A DNA stretch of 32,000 bases from Microcystis aeruginosa NIES-843 (GCF_000010625.1 NC_010296.1:3930001-3962000), one strand, 5' to 3'; counted from the first letter of the stretch, positions 1 to 9,780 are shown. A program made the numbers and translations. Notes: generated by a model not told the origin, from the sequence alone.

Positions 1-785
1 AAGCCTTTACGTTGCCTACTTACTCTTAAATGCTTTCTAGCATACCTCTTTCTAGCCTTTTGGTAGTTGTTTGATTGGGGTTGACCTTTTCTAAACTTTT
101 TAGATTTCTTCCGATTCAGTCGGTTTAATCTTTTTTCTGCTTGGCGATAGTATTGCGGTATTTCTACCGTTTCCCCATCACTATTAGCGTAGAAAACTTT
201 TAAACCTACATCCAATCCTACACATCTTTTAGTCGGTTCTAGGGGTTTAGCATATTCCCGAATATCAACGCTTAGACAGAATTGGACATAATAACCATCT
301 GCTCGTTTAACAATCCTAACTCGTTTAATTTGGTCTAGAGGGTAAAAGTTTAAGTCTCTGGTTCCTTTCAGTTTAACCGTGCCAATGTTTTTCTTATCTG
401 TGAAAGTTATTTTCTTTCTATCATCAGATAGTTTCCACCCAGAGTTTTTATATTCCACAGAACGATTATTTTTCTGAAACTTGGGATAACCTTTTTTACC
501 TTTAACCTTTTTCTTACAATTGTCATAGAAACGAGCAATAGCTGACCAAGCTCGTTCGGCCGATGCTTGTCTAGCAGTAGAATTTAGAGTATCGACAAAC
601 TTGAACTGTTTGGCGAGAACTGCACAATATTTATTGAGAGAATATTTATCGATTTTGTCTTCTCTCTTGGCATCCATCCAAAGCCTTAATGCTTTGTTTC
701 TGATGAATTGTACTGTACGAATAGCTTCATCAATGGCAGAACACTGACTTGGTTTGACCACGGCTTTCATTTCTAAGACAATCAT
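1..785 (-). CDS. tnpB: TnpB-like RNA-guided nuclease (IS200/IS605 family OrfB, IS1341-type). This is the N-terminal part; the 3' end runs off the left window edge.
   Basis: Hand translation of the minus strand from ATG at 785-783 gives MIVLEMKAVVKPSQCSAIDEAIRTVQFIRNKALRLWMDAKRE...GLDVGLKVFYANSDGETVEIP...KARKRYARKHLRVSRQRKG. There is no stop before position 1. It is absent from the ORF track because it is edge-truncated. The layout is typical of a TnpB N-terminus, with the first RuvC Asp in GLDVG. Confidence 0.8.
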   Translation of the reverse strand, partial: MIVLEMKAVVKPSQCSAIDEAIRTVQFIRNKALRLWMDAKREDKIDKYSLNKYCAVLAKQFKFVDTLNSTARQASAERAWSAIARFYDNCKKKVKGKKGYPKFQKNNRSVEYKNSGWKLSDDRKKITFTDKKNIGTVKLKGTRDLNFYPLDQIKRVRIVKRADGYYVQFCLSVDIREYAKPLEPTKRCVGLDVGLKVFYANSDGETVEIPQYYRQAEKRLNRLNRKKSKKFRKGQPQSNNYQKARKRYARKHLRVSRQRKG

Positions 786-880
786 TGTTTATCGACCTCA
801 AACAACTTATTTTAAGTTAACCTGTAGAGCATCGGATTGTCAAGATTTTAGTTGACATCGAAGCTCTTACATCGAAGCCC

Positions 881-910
881 CTCGAAATGTGTCGAAATGT
901 GTCGAAATGT
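881..910. repeat. 10-bp tandem repeat (C/G)TCGAAATGT x3, preceded by ACATCGAAG x2 (855-876)
   Basis: Read directly: ctcgaaatgt gtcgaaatgt gtcgaaatgt. It lies between the tnpB start and the LE motif. It accounts for the longer LE-to-ATG distance (150 nt, against 68 nt in the second element). Confidence 0.9.
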
Positions 911-1022
911 CGTGCTTCGCTGTTTTATACTGGTCGGGGTTTCATCCCGTCGCTAAGCGCGAGGGTCTTCACCCCGACATTCAAGATAAAATAATCAACA
1001 ATCGACACTTGAGGGAAAAAAC

Positions 1023-2159
1023 TTGTTAGTTATCGGTTTAATGAGTGGCACATCGGTGGATGGTATCGATACCGCTTTAGTGGAGATTAGCGGTACAGTG
1101 GAATCTCCACAGGTGCAGTTATTAGCTGGAGAAACCTATCCCTATTCCCCCCGATTACGCGAGACAATTTTACAAGTCTGTGGGGGAGAAAAGCTATCTA
1201 TTGAAGCTTTAGCCAGCTTAGATGATAACATCGCCGCAGAATTCGCCCAAGCCGCTTTAAATATCCAAAAAGAAGCCCCAAAAGCCCAATTAATCGGCAG
1301 TCACGGTCAAACCGTTTTTCATCGACCCCCCGCAAACGATCGCCTCGGTTACACGGTACAATTAGGACGGGGAGCAGCGATCGCAAAAATTACCCGTATT
1401 CCCACCATTAGTAATTTTCGCGCTGCCGATATCGCCCAAGCTGGTCACGGTGCGCCCCTAGTGCCGAAAATTGACGCTTATCTGCTTTCTCACCCCACTA
1501 AAACCCGCTGCGTCCAAAATATCGGCGGTATTGGCAATTTAACCTATCTACCCCCCCGACAAAGGGAAAATTGGCAGCAAAAAATTTTCGGTTGGGATAC
1601 TGGACCGGGCAACGTCCTCATCGATTTGGCCGTACAATTTTTGAGCCAAGGACAACAAACCTACGACCATAACGGTCAATGGTCGGCCCAGGGTCAACCC
1701 TGCTCCGAATTAGTTCATAAATGGCTACAGGAGCCTTATTTTCAACAATATCCCCCTAAATCCACTGGCAGAGAGTTATTTAGCCCCGCCTATCTAGCCC
1801 AATTGCGCGAGGATGCCCAAGCTTATTGCCTCAGTGATGCCGACTGGTTGGCTAGTTTAACCGATTTAACCGCCATTTCGATCGCCCACAGCTATCAAAC
1901 CTTTTTGCCAGAAATGCCCGCGGAAGTGCTGCTCTGCGGTGGTGGCGCTCGTAATGCCTACCTGCGCCAACGACTCCTAGCACATTTGGGGTCAAATGTC
2001 AAGCTTTTGACCACCGATGAGGTAGGATTAAATAGCGATTTTAAAGAAGCGATCGCTTTTGCCCTCTTGGCCTATTGGCGCTGGCACAATTTCCCCGGTA
2101 ATTTACCGCAAGTCACGGGGGCAAAAGCAGCGGTTTTATTAGGAGAAATTTACAGATGA
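1023..2159 (+). CDS. anmK: Anhydro-N-acetylmuramic acid kinase
   Basis: N-terminal [19 protein letters not shown] is the AnmK signature. The 378-aa length fits. TTG start as in the ORF track. The stop overlaps the next ORF's start (ATGA at 2156-2159). Confidence 0.9.
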   Translation: MLVIGLMSGTSVDGIDTALVEISGTVESPQVQLLAGETYPYSPRLRETILQVCGGEKLSIEALASLDDNIAAEFAQAALNIQKEAPKAQLIGSHGQTVFHRPPANDRLGYTVQLGRGAAIAKITRIPTISNFRAADIAQAGHGAPLVPKIDAYLLSHPTKTRCVQNIGGIGNLTYLPPRQRENWQQKIFGWDTGPGNVLIDLAVQFLSQGQQTYDHNGQWSAQGQPCSELVHKWLQEPYFQQYPPKSTGRELFSPAYLAQLREDAQAYCLSDADWLASLTDLTAISIAHSYQTFLPEMPAEVLLCGGGARNAYLRQRLLAHLGSNVKLLTTDEVGLNSDFKEAIAFALLAYWRWHNFPGNLPQVTGAKAAVLLGEIYR

Positions 2160-2926
2160 GCAGCAGCTATGAAATATTTTCAACAATTCAACGCCAAAGG
2201 GTCAGCGATGGGCAAATAGTGCCAATTTTAAGCGATTGTGCCGATTATAAACGTCTTTTAATTCTTGTTTGGCCGCAATTGGGAGATTTTGATAGTCTCG
2301 AATACGCTTGGTGGTTAGAAAAAGAGGCAGCCCTTTGGCAAAATGCCGGGATAACCATTCGTGCCATCGGTATCGGCGATCGCAATTCAGGGTTAAAATT
2401 CGCTGAATATACGAAATTTCGGCAAGATTGGCTGTTTGTTGACCCCAAAGCCGAATTACATAATTTATTAGGACTTTATCGCGGTTTATCGCTAAAATTA
2501 CCTGGGTTTTCTCCCGGGCAAAATGCTTGGTTAAATCTAATTTTTATGTGTGCGGGTGTGGGTAGTCCGGGGACTCTGGCCGAAGTGCTGCGGGGTTATC
2601 TTGGCGATCGCAAAGCCCCCCAATTAATTGCCGAGGAGGAAACAATTCAAGCGCGGCCTTTACCACCTTTCCGGGGTTCCCTATTCAATCTTGCTGGGGG
2701 TCAAGGTTTTCAGCGACCTTTTGAATTAGCCACCCTGAGACTTCGTAATATGAGTCAAGTTTTGGGCAATTGGTCAACCTATGTCCCCGATAGTAGTTAT
2801 CTCACCCAACGGGGAGGGACTTTTTTATTTGATAGTCAAGGAAATTTACTCTATGGGCATCGCGATCGAGGTATCTTGGGATTTGCTGAGAATATGAGTT
2901 ATCCCCTCGCTTTTTTGCGGGATTAA
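2156..2926 (+). CDS. Conserved hypothetical protein, probably a thioredoxin-fold / AhpC-TSA_2 (peroxiredoxin-like) family member lacking the catalytic Cys
   Basis: 256-aa ORF translationally coupled to anmK. The segment [20 protein letters not shown]...IRAIGIG resembles peroxiredoxin-like family proteins. Recognised from memory of the family only; no motif-level proof. Confidence 0.4.
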   Translation: MSSSYEIFSTIQRQRVSDGQIVPILSDCADYKRLLILVWPQLGDFDSLEYAWWLEKEAALWQNAGITIRAIGIGDRNSGLKFAEYTKFRQDWLFVDPKAELHNLLGLYRGLSLKLPGFSPGQNAWLNLIFMCAGVGSPGTLAEVLRGYLGDRKAPQLIAEEETIQARPLPPFRGSLFNLAGGQGFQRPFELATLRLRNMSQVLGNWSTYVPDSSYLTQRGGTFLFDSQGNLLYGHRDRGILGFAENMSYPLAFLRD

Positions 2927-3147
2927 GCTTTTTTCTTCTGCATCTCGCCCACTCCCAACTCTTGACTTTTAGCTTTTCCAGCTGATGGCTAAAAAACTTT
3001 AATGTTGTCCGACCACTTATTACCTAAAGATTGATGAAATTATTTGACGATTCATCGAAAATTTTGGGTCTGAAACCCCGCCGTTTTAGGTTGGCTTTGC
3101 TGTTAAATATGAGCATCGTTTACGAAATATATGCTAAAATATGAGAC

Positions 3148-4329
3148 ATGGAAAAAGCCTATTCTTACCGATTTTACCCAACACCAGAACAAGAGTCGCT
3201 ATTGCGGCGCACTTTGGGCTGTGTAAGATTAGTTTACAATAAAGCTCTCCACGAACGAACACAAGCATGGTACGAAAAGCAAGAAAGAGTAGGCTACGCT
3301 CAAGCTTCTTCAATGTTGACCGATTGGAAAAAACAAGAAGAATTAGACTTTTTAAACGAAGTAAGCTGTGTACCTTTACAACAAGGGTTAAGACACCTAC
3401 AAACAGCTTTCACTAATTTCTTTGCTGGTCGTACTAAGTATCCTAACTTTAAGAAAAAACATCAAGGAGGAAGTGCCGAATTTACCAAGTCTGCTTTTAA
3501 ATTTAAAGACAGACAAGTCTATTTAGCTAAATGCACAGAACCCTTACCTATTCGATGGTCAAGACAAATACCAGAAAGCTGTGAACCAAGCACAGTAACA
3601 GTCAGATTACATCCCTCAGGACGTTGGCATATTTCAATTAGATTTGATGACCCAACGATTAAGCCATTACCAGTAACAGATAAAGCCATCGGAATTGACT
3701 TAGGAATTAGTAGCCTCGTGATTACCAGCGATGGCGATAAAGTGTCTAATCCCAAGCATTTTAACAAGCATTATCGGAGACTGCGAAAGGCCCAAAAAAG
3801 CCTTTCTAGAAAACAGAAAGGCTCAAAGAATCGAGAAAAGGCAAGAATCAAAGTAGCCAGAATTCACGCTCAAATCACGGATAGTAGAAAAGACCATTTA
3901 CATAAGCTAACCACTCAATTAGTTCGTGAAAACCAAACGATTGTGGTTGAGAATTTAGCCGTCAAGAATATGGTCAAAAACCCGAAATTATCTCAGGCAA
4001 TATCTGATGTAAGCTGGGGAGAAATCACCCGACAATTAGCCTATAAATGCCGTTGGTATGGAAGAAATTACATCGAAATAGATAGATGGTTTCCTAGTTC
4101 TAAACGGTGCAGTAATTGCGGGTATATTGCTGAGAAAATGCCGTTAAATATTCGAGAATGGGACTGTCCAGACTGTGGGACTCACCATGACCGAGATATT
4201 AACGCCAGTAAAAATATTTTGGCCGCAGGGCTTGCGGTGTCAGTCTGTAGAGCGACCATAAGACCAGAACAGAGTAAATCTGTTAAGGCAGGTGCGAAAA
4301 ATCCTTCGGGACCCCAAGCAGAAACCTAA
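3148..4329 (+). CDS. tnpB: TnpB RNA-guided endonuclease (IS200/IS605 OrfB), apparently intact
   Basis: The N-terminus is MEKAYSYRFYPTPEQESLLRRTLGCVRLVYN. The RuvC triad appears as GIDLG, VVENL and HDRDINASKNI. The zinc finger is CSNCG...CPDCG. 393 aa. Confidence 0.92.
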   Translation: MEKAYSYRFYPTPEQESLLRRTLGCVRLVYNKALHERTQAWYEKQERVGYAQASSMLTDWKKQEELDFLNEVSCVPLQQGLRHLQTAFTNFFAGRTKYPNFKKKHQGGSAEFTKSAFKFKDRQVYLAKCTEPLPIRWSRQIPESCEPSTVTVRLHPSGRWHISIRFDDPTIKPLPVTDKAIGIDLGISSLVITSDGDKVSNPKHFNKHYRRLRKAQKSLSRKQKGSKNREKARIKVARIHAQITDSRKDHLHKLTTQLVRENQTIVVENLAVKNMVKNPKLSQAISDVSWGEITRQLAYKCRWYGRNYIEIDRWFPSSKRCSNCGYIAEKMPLNIREWDCPDCGTHHDRDINASKNILAAGLAVSVCRATIRPEQSKSVKAGAKNPSGPQAET

Positions 4330-4380
4330 ATCGTGAGGTTTGGGAATCGCCGTCCGTTTTACGGCGGCGAGGATGTCAAC
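4200..4380 (+). ncRNA. Putative omega-RNA (reRNA) scaffold of the TnpB element; the 5' boundary is a guess
   Basis: By established TnpB biology, the guide-RNA scaffold overlaps the tnpB 3' end and stops at the right-end (RE) boundary. The RE hairpin and the GATGTCAAC terminus are seen here. The guide would be the flanking bases from 4381 (cacaactatcgggagt...). Confidence 0.4.
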
Positions 4381-4487
4381 CACAACTATCGGGAGTTATT
4401 TACTCAAGAGATAAGTAAATATTATTTTAAGTTTATTTAAGGCTGTCATTACTAATGGTAAGTTGAGCCGGGTAAATTTTCCCGTAG

Positions 4488-4874
<387 letters not shown>

Positions 4875-4924
4875 TTTAACTCAATATTCGGGGATTAGAT
4901 ACTCCAACAATACAACAATAATAG

Positions 4925-4969
4925 AGCGGGAACTGCAAGGGCGACAGTTCTCGCTTTATTTGTATTTTT
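4925..4969 (+). terminator. Rho-independent terminator of the ferredoxin gene
   Basis: An 11-bp stem AGCGGGAACTG / CAGTTCTCGCT (one G-T wobble) with a 9-nt loop, followed by TTATTTGTATTTTT. Confidence 0.6.
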
Positions 4970-4984
4970 GCCTCTTGACTCGAC

Positions 4985-5036
4985 AGTGATACTAAATCCG
5001 TTGAGTATAGGCTAGTTATGAGGAGAGGCACTCATG
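4985..5036 (-). repeat. Dispersed ~52-bp repeat, copy A (reverse orientation relative to copies B and C)
   Basis: The reverse complement reads GCATGAGTGCCTCTCCTCATAACTAGCCTATACTCAACGGATTTAGTATCACT. It matches 24488-24539 and 24704-24755 apart from a few substitutions. Confidence 0.85.
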
Positions 5037-5065
5037 CAAAGGGGAGAATAAATAATCAGTTTATA

Positions 5066-5086
5066 ACTGATCACTGATCACTGATT
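5066..5086. repeat. Heptamer tandem array ACTGATC x3
   Basis: Read directly. It overlaps the hemC stop codon (5085-5087). Confidence 0.85.
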
Positions 5087-6044
5087 ATCGGCCCACTTCA
5101 GCGAAAATCTGGGCTAAAATCTCTCCAGCACCAGCCTCGCGCACTTTATGGGCTAAATCTCGTCCTAAGACTTCCCCATGGCTAGGATCACCGCTAACCG
5201 AGTCCTTAATCAGGCGCTTACCGTCGAGACTAGCCACCATACCCGTTAAAGTTAGGATACCATCCTCGATCGCCGTATTCACTCCGATGGGAACTTGACA
5301 GCCCCCCTCCAACTCCCGTAAAAAAGCGCGTTCAGCATAGCATCTATCGCGGCTAGGGGCGTGTTCCAACACTTTTAGGACTTCCAAAACCTCCGGATCA
5401 GCATCGCGGCATTCTATCCCTAAAGCCCCCTGTCCCACCGCATGGAGAGAAATCTCCGCCGGAATAACCTGATGAACTCGATCGCCTAATCCTAACCTTT
5501 CCAATCCCGCTACTGCCAGAATAATCGCGTCGTATTCTCCCGCGTCCAGTTTTGCCAGACGGGTGTTGACATTGCCGCGCACATCTTTAAAAGTCAGATG
5601 GGGATAATGGTAACGCAACTGGGCCAATCGCCGCAGGGAAGAAGTCCCCACCACCGCACCTTCCGGTAAAGTGTCTAATTGATAGTCTTGATTTTGGCTA
5701 TTTACCACCAAAGCATCGGCCGGATTAACTCTTTCCGTGACGCAACCCAAGATTAAGCCTTCGGGCAAATTAGTGGGCAGATCCTTGAGAGAATGGACGG
5801 CAAGATCGATCGATCTATCCAACATTCCCACTTCTAGTTCTTTGGTAAATAAACCCTTATCACCGATTTTCGCTAGGGCCACATCGAGAATTTTATCGCC
5901 TTGGGTACTCATCGTCTCCACCTCAAACTGTCGATGGGGGTGGTGTTTACTCAATTCTGCCTGTACCCAATAGGTTTGTACTAGGGCTAACTGACTTTTA
6001 CGCGAACCGATACGCAGGGAACGAGGAGGACTAGAAACGGACAT
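5085..6044 (-). CDS. hemC: Hydroxymethylbilane synthase (porphobilinogen deaminase)
   Basis: [36 protein letters not shown] and the C-terminal dipyrromethane-cofactor cysteine region (GGCQVPIG). 319 aa. Confidence 0.93.
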   Translation of the reverse strand: MSVSSPPRSLRIGSRKSQLALVQTYWVQAELSKHHPHRQFEVETMSTQGDKILDVALAKIGDKGLFTKELEVGMLDRSIDLAVHSLKDLPTNLPEGLILGCVTERVNPADALVVNSQNQDYQLDTLPEGAVVGTSSLRRLAQLRYHYPHLTFKDVRGNVNTRLAKLDAGEYDAIILAVAGLERLGLGDRVHQVIPAEISLHAVGQGALGIECRDADPEVLEVLKVLEHAPSRDRCYAERAFLRELEGGCQVPIGVNTAIEDGILTLTGMVASLDGKRLIKDSVSGDPSHGEVLGRDLAHKVREAGAGEILAQIFAEVGR

Positions 6045-6309
6045 ATCTGAAGTAGGAATTTAACTAAACATCTATCGGACTGCTCGATCTAGACTATCCT
6101 GATCTCACCCCTGTTGAGTAATCACTTTCTAGGTTAGGCATAAATAGTTACATCTCTTAATATTTTTAGGCAAATAGGGTGAGCATTATTCCCCACTGAC
6201 AGCAAAGCTGAAAGCCTAGGTTAAAATAGAGGGACAAACGTTGCAACAGGGTCTAACTAATGACAATGTTTGAACGGACAAATTGGCTAAGTAGCTGGTT
6301 ATAATTAAA

Positions 6310-8383
6310 CCCACATTCCGCACCCTCAACTGTCACATAAGCTGTCCCCCTCCAGAGACTTGAGTAAAAATACTTATCTGGTGAAGGTTTTCTCGGTGGC
6401 CGTTAGGGGGAGCTTGAGACCCCTAATTATGAAAAAATAGGAATTGTTGGAAAACTGAGGCGAGTGGACTGTTCGACCATGAATCAATCAACAGAAATTG
6501 AAGTCAAAAATCTAGACCATCTGGGATTAGTAGCCGGAATTATCGATGAAATAGGAATCGTTGAAATTATCAACGAACAAGTCTCAATTGAGCGAGGAGA
6601 AATTGTCACAGCTGGGCAAGTCGTGAAAGCAATTATCCTGAATGGATTGGGATTTGTCTCCCGAGCCTTGTATTTATTTCCTCAATTTTTTGAAGATAAA
6701 GCAACCGAACATCTGCTGGGAGAGGGCATCGAACCAAAACACCTGAATGATGATAAAATTGGTCGAGTAATGGACAAACTTTATCAACTTAATGTTTCGG
6801 TCATTTTCCTACTGATTAGTTTAGCCGCCGTGAAAAAATTTGGTGTAGCAACCGAGAACTCCCATTTAGATTCGACTTCTCTATCAGTAGAAGGAGAATA
6901 TAAAAAGGAATACCCAACAGTAGAAATCCTGAAATCAGGAGCAGTGGGAGAAGAAATTGAAACCGGACAACAGCCAATAAAAATTACCTACGGATACTCC
7001 CGCGACCGACGACCTGACTTAAAACAATTTATGATTGACTTAATCGTAAGTGGGGATGGAGATGTACCTTTATTCCTGAAAGTAGGGGACGGAAATGAAG
7101 CGGACAAAGCGGTTTTTGGTCAAATCGCCCGAGAATTTCAAAAACAAGTTGACTTTGACAGTTTAATAGTCGGCGATAGCGCCCTCTATAGCAAAGAGAA
7201 TTTAAAACTAATGAAAGAAATGCGTTGGTTGTCTCGAGTACCATTAAGCATTAAAGAGGCTCAAGAGTTAGTCGATAGCATCTCAGAAAAAGAGTTAACC
7301 GATTCAGAAATACCGGGTTATTCCTGGCGGGAAACAAGCTCTAACTATGGGGGTATAGAACAAAGATGGTTGCTAGTTGAAAGTCAAGCTAGACAAGAAT
7401 CAGACTTGAAAAAATTAGAGAAAAAAATCGAGCAGGAAAAGAATTCTGCCCAAGAAAAAATCCGGCAACTATCCCGAAGAGAATTTGAGAATAGAGCGGT
7501 GGCGTTGGCGATAGCCAAAGGATTATCTGACTCCTTAAAATCTCATCAGTTAACGGAGATTAAAGTCAATCTCATTCCGCCTGAGTCCCAGGGGTCAAAA
7601 CTCAAATCAAAAGACGATTTACCCTCTCAAAGCTATCAAGTTCAAGCCAAATTAGAGTTGAATTTGACCGCCATTGAGAGGCTAAAGAAACGAGCAGGAC
7701 GATTCGTTTTAGCAACTAACGATTTGGAGAAAAAACGATTAAGCAGTGAGGATATACTCAAAAAATATAAAGGGCAACAAGCTCCGGAAAGAGGATTTTC
7801 TTTTCTCAAAGACCCCTGCTTTTTTGCCCACAGTGTCTTTCTCAAATCTCCCCATAGAATCGAGGTCATGGCCATGCTCATGGGCTTGTGCCTGCTGGTT
7901 TATACTATTGGTCAAAGACAACTTCGTTTAAGTTTAAAACAGCAGGAGACGGGACTGAAAAATCCGTTGGGTAAGTTAACTGACCGACCGACGTTACGCT
8001 GGATATTTCAGTGCTTTCAAGGGATTCATCTCGTCCGTATTCAAGACAATCAAAAGATTAGCAACTTAACGGATGAGAGGCGCAACATTTTGAGATTTTT
8101 CCCCAAACCTTGCCAGGAATATTATCTCTTATCTTGACCAGATGGATTGACTTCAAGGGGTGACAAAACAAAGCGAGCAACTGGAACATCTCCCCCTAGA
8201 TGTTAAGTCTGATTGCCTAGTCATTCTCAACAAGCACTGTTTATTGAGAATGACCGGGGGAACTCTGAAATTTTCGGCTTAGTTGCCGGCAGCTTGCCGC
8301 CAACTCACTCCTCTAGATAAGTATTTTGACTCGCGCCCCTTCCTCTTTTGAGACGTTGTGACACTTAGGGTGCGGAATGTGGG
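6310..8383 (+). mobile_element. IS1634/IS4-family insertion sequence, complete (2074 bp)
   Basis: The left terminal inverted repeat is CCCACATTCCGCACCCT(CAACTGTCACA) at 6310. Its reverse complement lies at 8357-8383, with the first 17 bp perfect. A second internal inverted pair, GAGTAAAAATACTTATCT / AGATAAGTATTTTGACTC, is also present. ATTAAA flanks the element as a direct repeat at 6304-6309 and 8384-8389. Confidence 0.8.
6464..8137 (+). CDS. IS1634/IS4-family DDE transposase
   Basis: N-terminal NQSTEIEVKNLDHLGLVAGIIDEIGIVEIIN, typical of IS1634-group transposases. The 557-aa ORF fills the element. The true start is more likely ATG at 6479 (MNQST) than GTG at 6464. Confidence 0.85.
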   Translation: MDCSTMNQSTEIEVKNLDHLGLVAGIIDEIGIVEIINEQVSIERGEIVTAGQVVKAIILNGLGFVSRALYLFPQFFEDKATEHLLGEGIEPKHLNDDKIGRVMDKLYQLNVSVIFLLISLAAVKKFGVATENSHLDSTSLSVEGEYKKEYPTVEILKSGAVGEEIETGQQPIKITYGYSRDRRPDLKQFMIDLIVSGDGDVPLFLKVGDGNEADKAVFGQIAREFQKQVDFDSLIVGDSALYSKENLKLMKEMRWLSRVPLSIKEAQELVDSISEKELTDSEIPGYSWRETSSNYGGIEQRWLLVESQARQESDLKKLEKKIEQEKNSAQEKIRQLSRREFENRAVALAIAKGLSDSLKSHQLTEIKVNLIPPESQGSKLKSKDDLPSQSYQVQAKLELNLTAIERLKKRAGRFVLATNDLEKKRLSSEDILKKYKGQQAPERGFSFLKDPCFFAHSVFLKSPHRIEVMAMLMGLCLLVYTIGQRQLRLSLKQQETGLKNPLGKLTDRPTLRWIFQCFQGIHLVRIQDNQKISNLTDERRNILRFFPKPCQEYYLLS

Positions 8384-8410
8384 ATTAAATTAAAAATGGA
8401 TTTTAGGTTC

Positions 8411-8551
8411 GATCCCCCCTGCCCCCCTTGATAAGGGGGGTGCCGATAGGCGGGGGGATCCCCCTTGATAAGGGGGGTGCCGATAGGCGGGGGGATCCCC
8501 CTTGATAAGGGGGGTGCCGATAGGCGGGGGGATCCCCCTTAATAAGGGGGC
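8411..8551. repeat. 37-bp tandem repeat, ~3.8 copies, each unit made of nested palindromes
   Basis: The unit is GATCCCCCTTGATAAGGGGGGTGCCGATAGGCGGGGG, at 8457-8493 and 8494-8530. Degenerate copies lie at 8411-8456 and 8531-8551. It contains CCCCCTT-GAT-AAGGGGG and GGGGGGATCCCCC palindromes. Confidence 0.9.
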
Positions 8552-8560
8552 ATTTGATAA

Positions 8561-9780
8561 TAGAACTCTTGCAAATTAATTATATGTTATAATGATGGGT
8601 TAACTAATTTTCCCCAAAAAATTAGTTAACCAGTACATTAGTCCTGAATGAAAACTTGAAGTTTAACTTTTAACTCAAAACTCTTTAGAGCTGCTTTAAT
8701 TTGGTTATCAAAACCTCTTTATTTAAGCGGCACAAACTATCTCAATTATAAAAATTGAGAATAAATTCTCCTTGACTTGATTAATCTTTAGGCAACTTTT
8801 AAGAAGCTGCTATACCTATCCCTAACTCACAGTTATAAATAGCCGCCAACAAGTTAACTCTTAAACTATATCTTCGACGACGATTCCGATATTTACAGGA
8901 TAAGATTTTAAAGATTTTGAGTTTCCTATTTATAGGTTCAATGATAATCCTTTCTTTGGCTAAAGCCTTGTTATACTCTTTTTGTAACTCTGTTAATTTT
9001 CTATTTTTCGATTTCTTTTTCGGTGTATAACTATTACTATGGTATGCAGCTATTCCCTGATAACCACTGTCTTCTATGCTGGTAGTTAAAGGATGAAAAC
9101 GAACTCGACTTTTTTTAAATAAACTAAAATCATGACCTCTACCTTTCCCACAAAAGACACAGATAATTTCCTTTGTATTTTGATCAGCTACTAATTGGGA
9201 TTTTAAAGTATGATAACCTCTTTTACCCCCCAAAAAATCTTTCTGTTTCTTTTGGGGGCGTTCAATGGGAGTTTCCGTTACATCCATTACCGTTATGACC
9301 GGTATCTCTGCTTGATTGAGTAAAGCTTTTTTTCCTTTTAAACGGAAGTTTCCCGATTGTAAAAGCATTTTTTCCGTCTTATTTACAATCCGACATATAG
9401 TTGATTCTGATAGTTCCCAGCTTGTACCAATGTGAAAATATGTTCTATATTCTCGCCAATATTCTAACGTTACTAAAACTTGTTCTTCTATAGATAGTTT
9501 AGGTTTCGGTCCCCTTTTAGATGGTGAATTAGAGTCGGCTTCAACACTTTTTACTGATTCTACCATCTTTCTATATGTTTGTTTATACACACCGAAACGG
9601 CGTTTGAATTGTTCATCTGATAAGTTTTGATAATCCATAATTTTGCTAATAAACATAGCAAAATTATAGATGATTTCCTGACCTAAGATCACATTTTATT
9701 CTTTTTTCCACTTCAATCTAAGAATTGAGAAAAAAGCAAAACCTTATATTATACCATAAAAAAATTATGCAAGAGGTCTA
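8561..9780 (-). mobile_element. IS5-like insertion sequence (DDE_Tnp_4 / Harbinger-type transposase), ~1.2 kb
   Basis: Imperfect terminal inverted repeats: TAGAACTCTTGCAAATT at 8561, and TAGACCTCTTGCATAAT as the reverse complement ending at 9780. The target duplication is not resolved (TA or TAA possible). Confidence 0.65.
8799..9692 (-). CDS. IS5-family transposase (HTH_Tnp_4 + DDE_Tnp_4)
   Basis: The HTH segment is LSIEEQVLVTLEYWREYRTYFHIGTSWELSESTICRIV. The DDE core is VMDVTETPIERPQKKQKDFLGGKRGYHTLKSQLVAD...GRGHDFSLFK. The probable true start is M19 (MDYQNLSDEQ, 9638). Confidence 0.85.
   Translation of the reverse strand: MILGQEIIYNFAMFISKIMDYQNLSDEQFKRRFGVYKQTYRKMVESVKSVEADSNSPSKRGPKPKLSIEEQVLVTLEYWREYRTYFHIGTSWELSESTICRIVNKTEKMLLQSGNFRLKGKKALLNQAEIPVITVMDVTETPIERPQKKQKDFLGGKRGYHTLKSQLVADQNTKEIICVFCGKGRGHDFSLFKKSRVRFHPLTTSIEDSGYQGIAAYHSNSYTPKKKSKNRKLTELQKEYNKALAKERIIIEPINRKLKIFKILSCKYRNRRRRYSLRVNLLAAIYNCELGIGIAAS

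Larger units (their letters stand above)
1..990 (-). mobile_element. Partial tnpB-only IS200/IS605-family element. The left end (LE) lies upstream of tnpB and its boundary is imprecise.
   Basis: The tnpB CDS is followed upstream by a non-coding region carrying the motif TGAAACCCCG (minus strand, 944-935). The same motif occurs at 3071-3080 upstream of the second tnpB. A hairpin CCCGTCGC-TAAG-CGCGAGGG sits at about 946-965. Confidence 0.45.
3040..4380 (+). mobile_element. Complete tnpB-only IS200/IS605-family (IS1341-type) element
   Basis: LE motif TGAAACCCCG at 3071-3080, then tnpB at 3148-4329. A right-end hairpin at 4348-4369 (CGCCG-T-CCG / TTTTA / CGG-CGGCG) is followed by the terminal AGGATGTCAAC ending at 4380. 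The left boundary is approximate. Confidence 0.55.

Noticed and set aside
851-860. GTTGACATCG (reverse complement CGATGTCAAC) resembles the GGATGTCAAC right-end terminus of the other tnpB element. This might suggest a second, abutting IS right end on the minus strand.
   Set aside because: No adjacent right-end (RE)-type hairpin precedes it in that orientation, and it sits inside the short tandem-duplication zone (ACATCGAAG x2). A 9-nt match is too short to call. The shared TGAAACCCCG left-end (LE) motif explains the region more simply.
8401-8425. GGTTCGATCCCC, which resembles a tRNA T-arm/T-loop, suggesting a tRNA gene or tRNA-targeted IS insertion
   Set aside because: No acceptor stem, anticodon arm or matching T-stem partner can be built. 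The GATCCCCC is simply the first (degenerate) unit of the 37-bp tandem repeat.
8411-8551. Possible CRISPR array, given regularly spaced palindromic ~37-bp repeats
   Set aside because: The repeats are directly adjacent with no unique spacers, and no cas genes are present. It is a tandem repeat.
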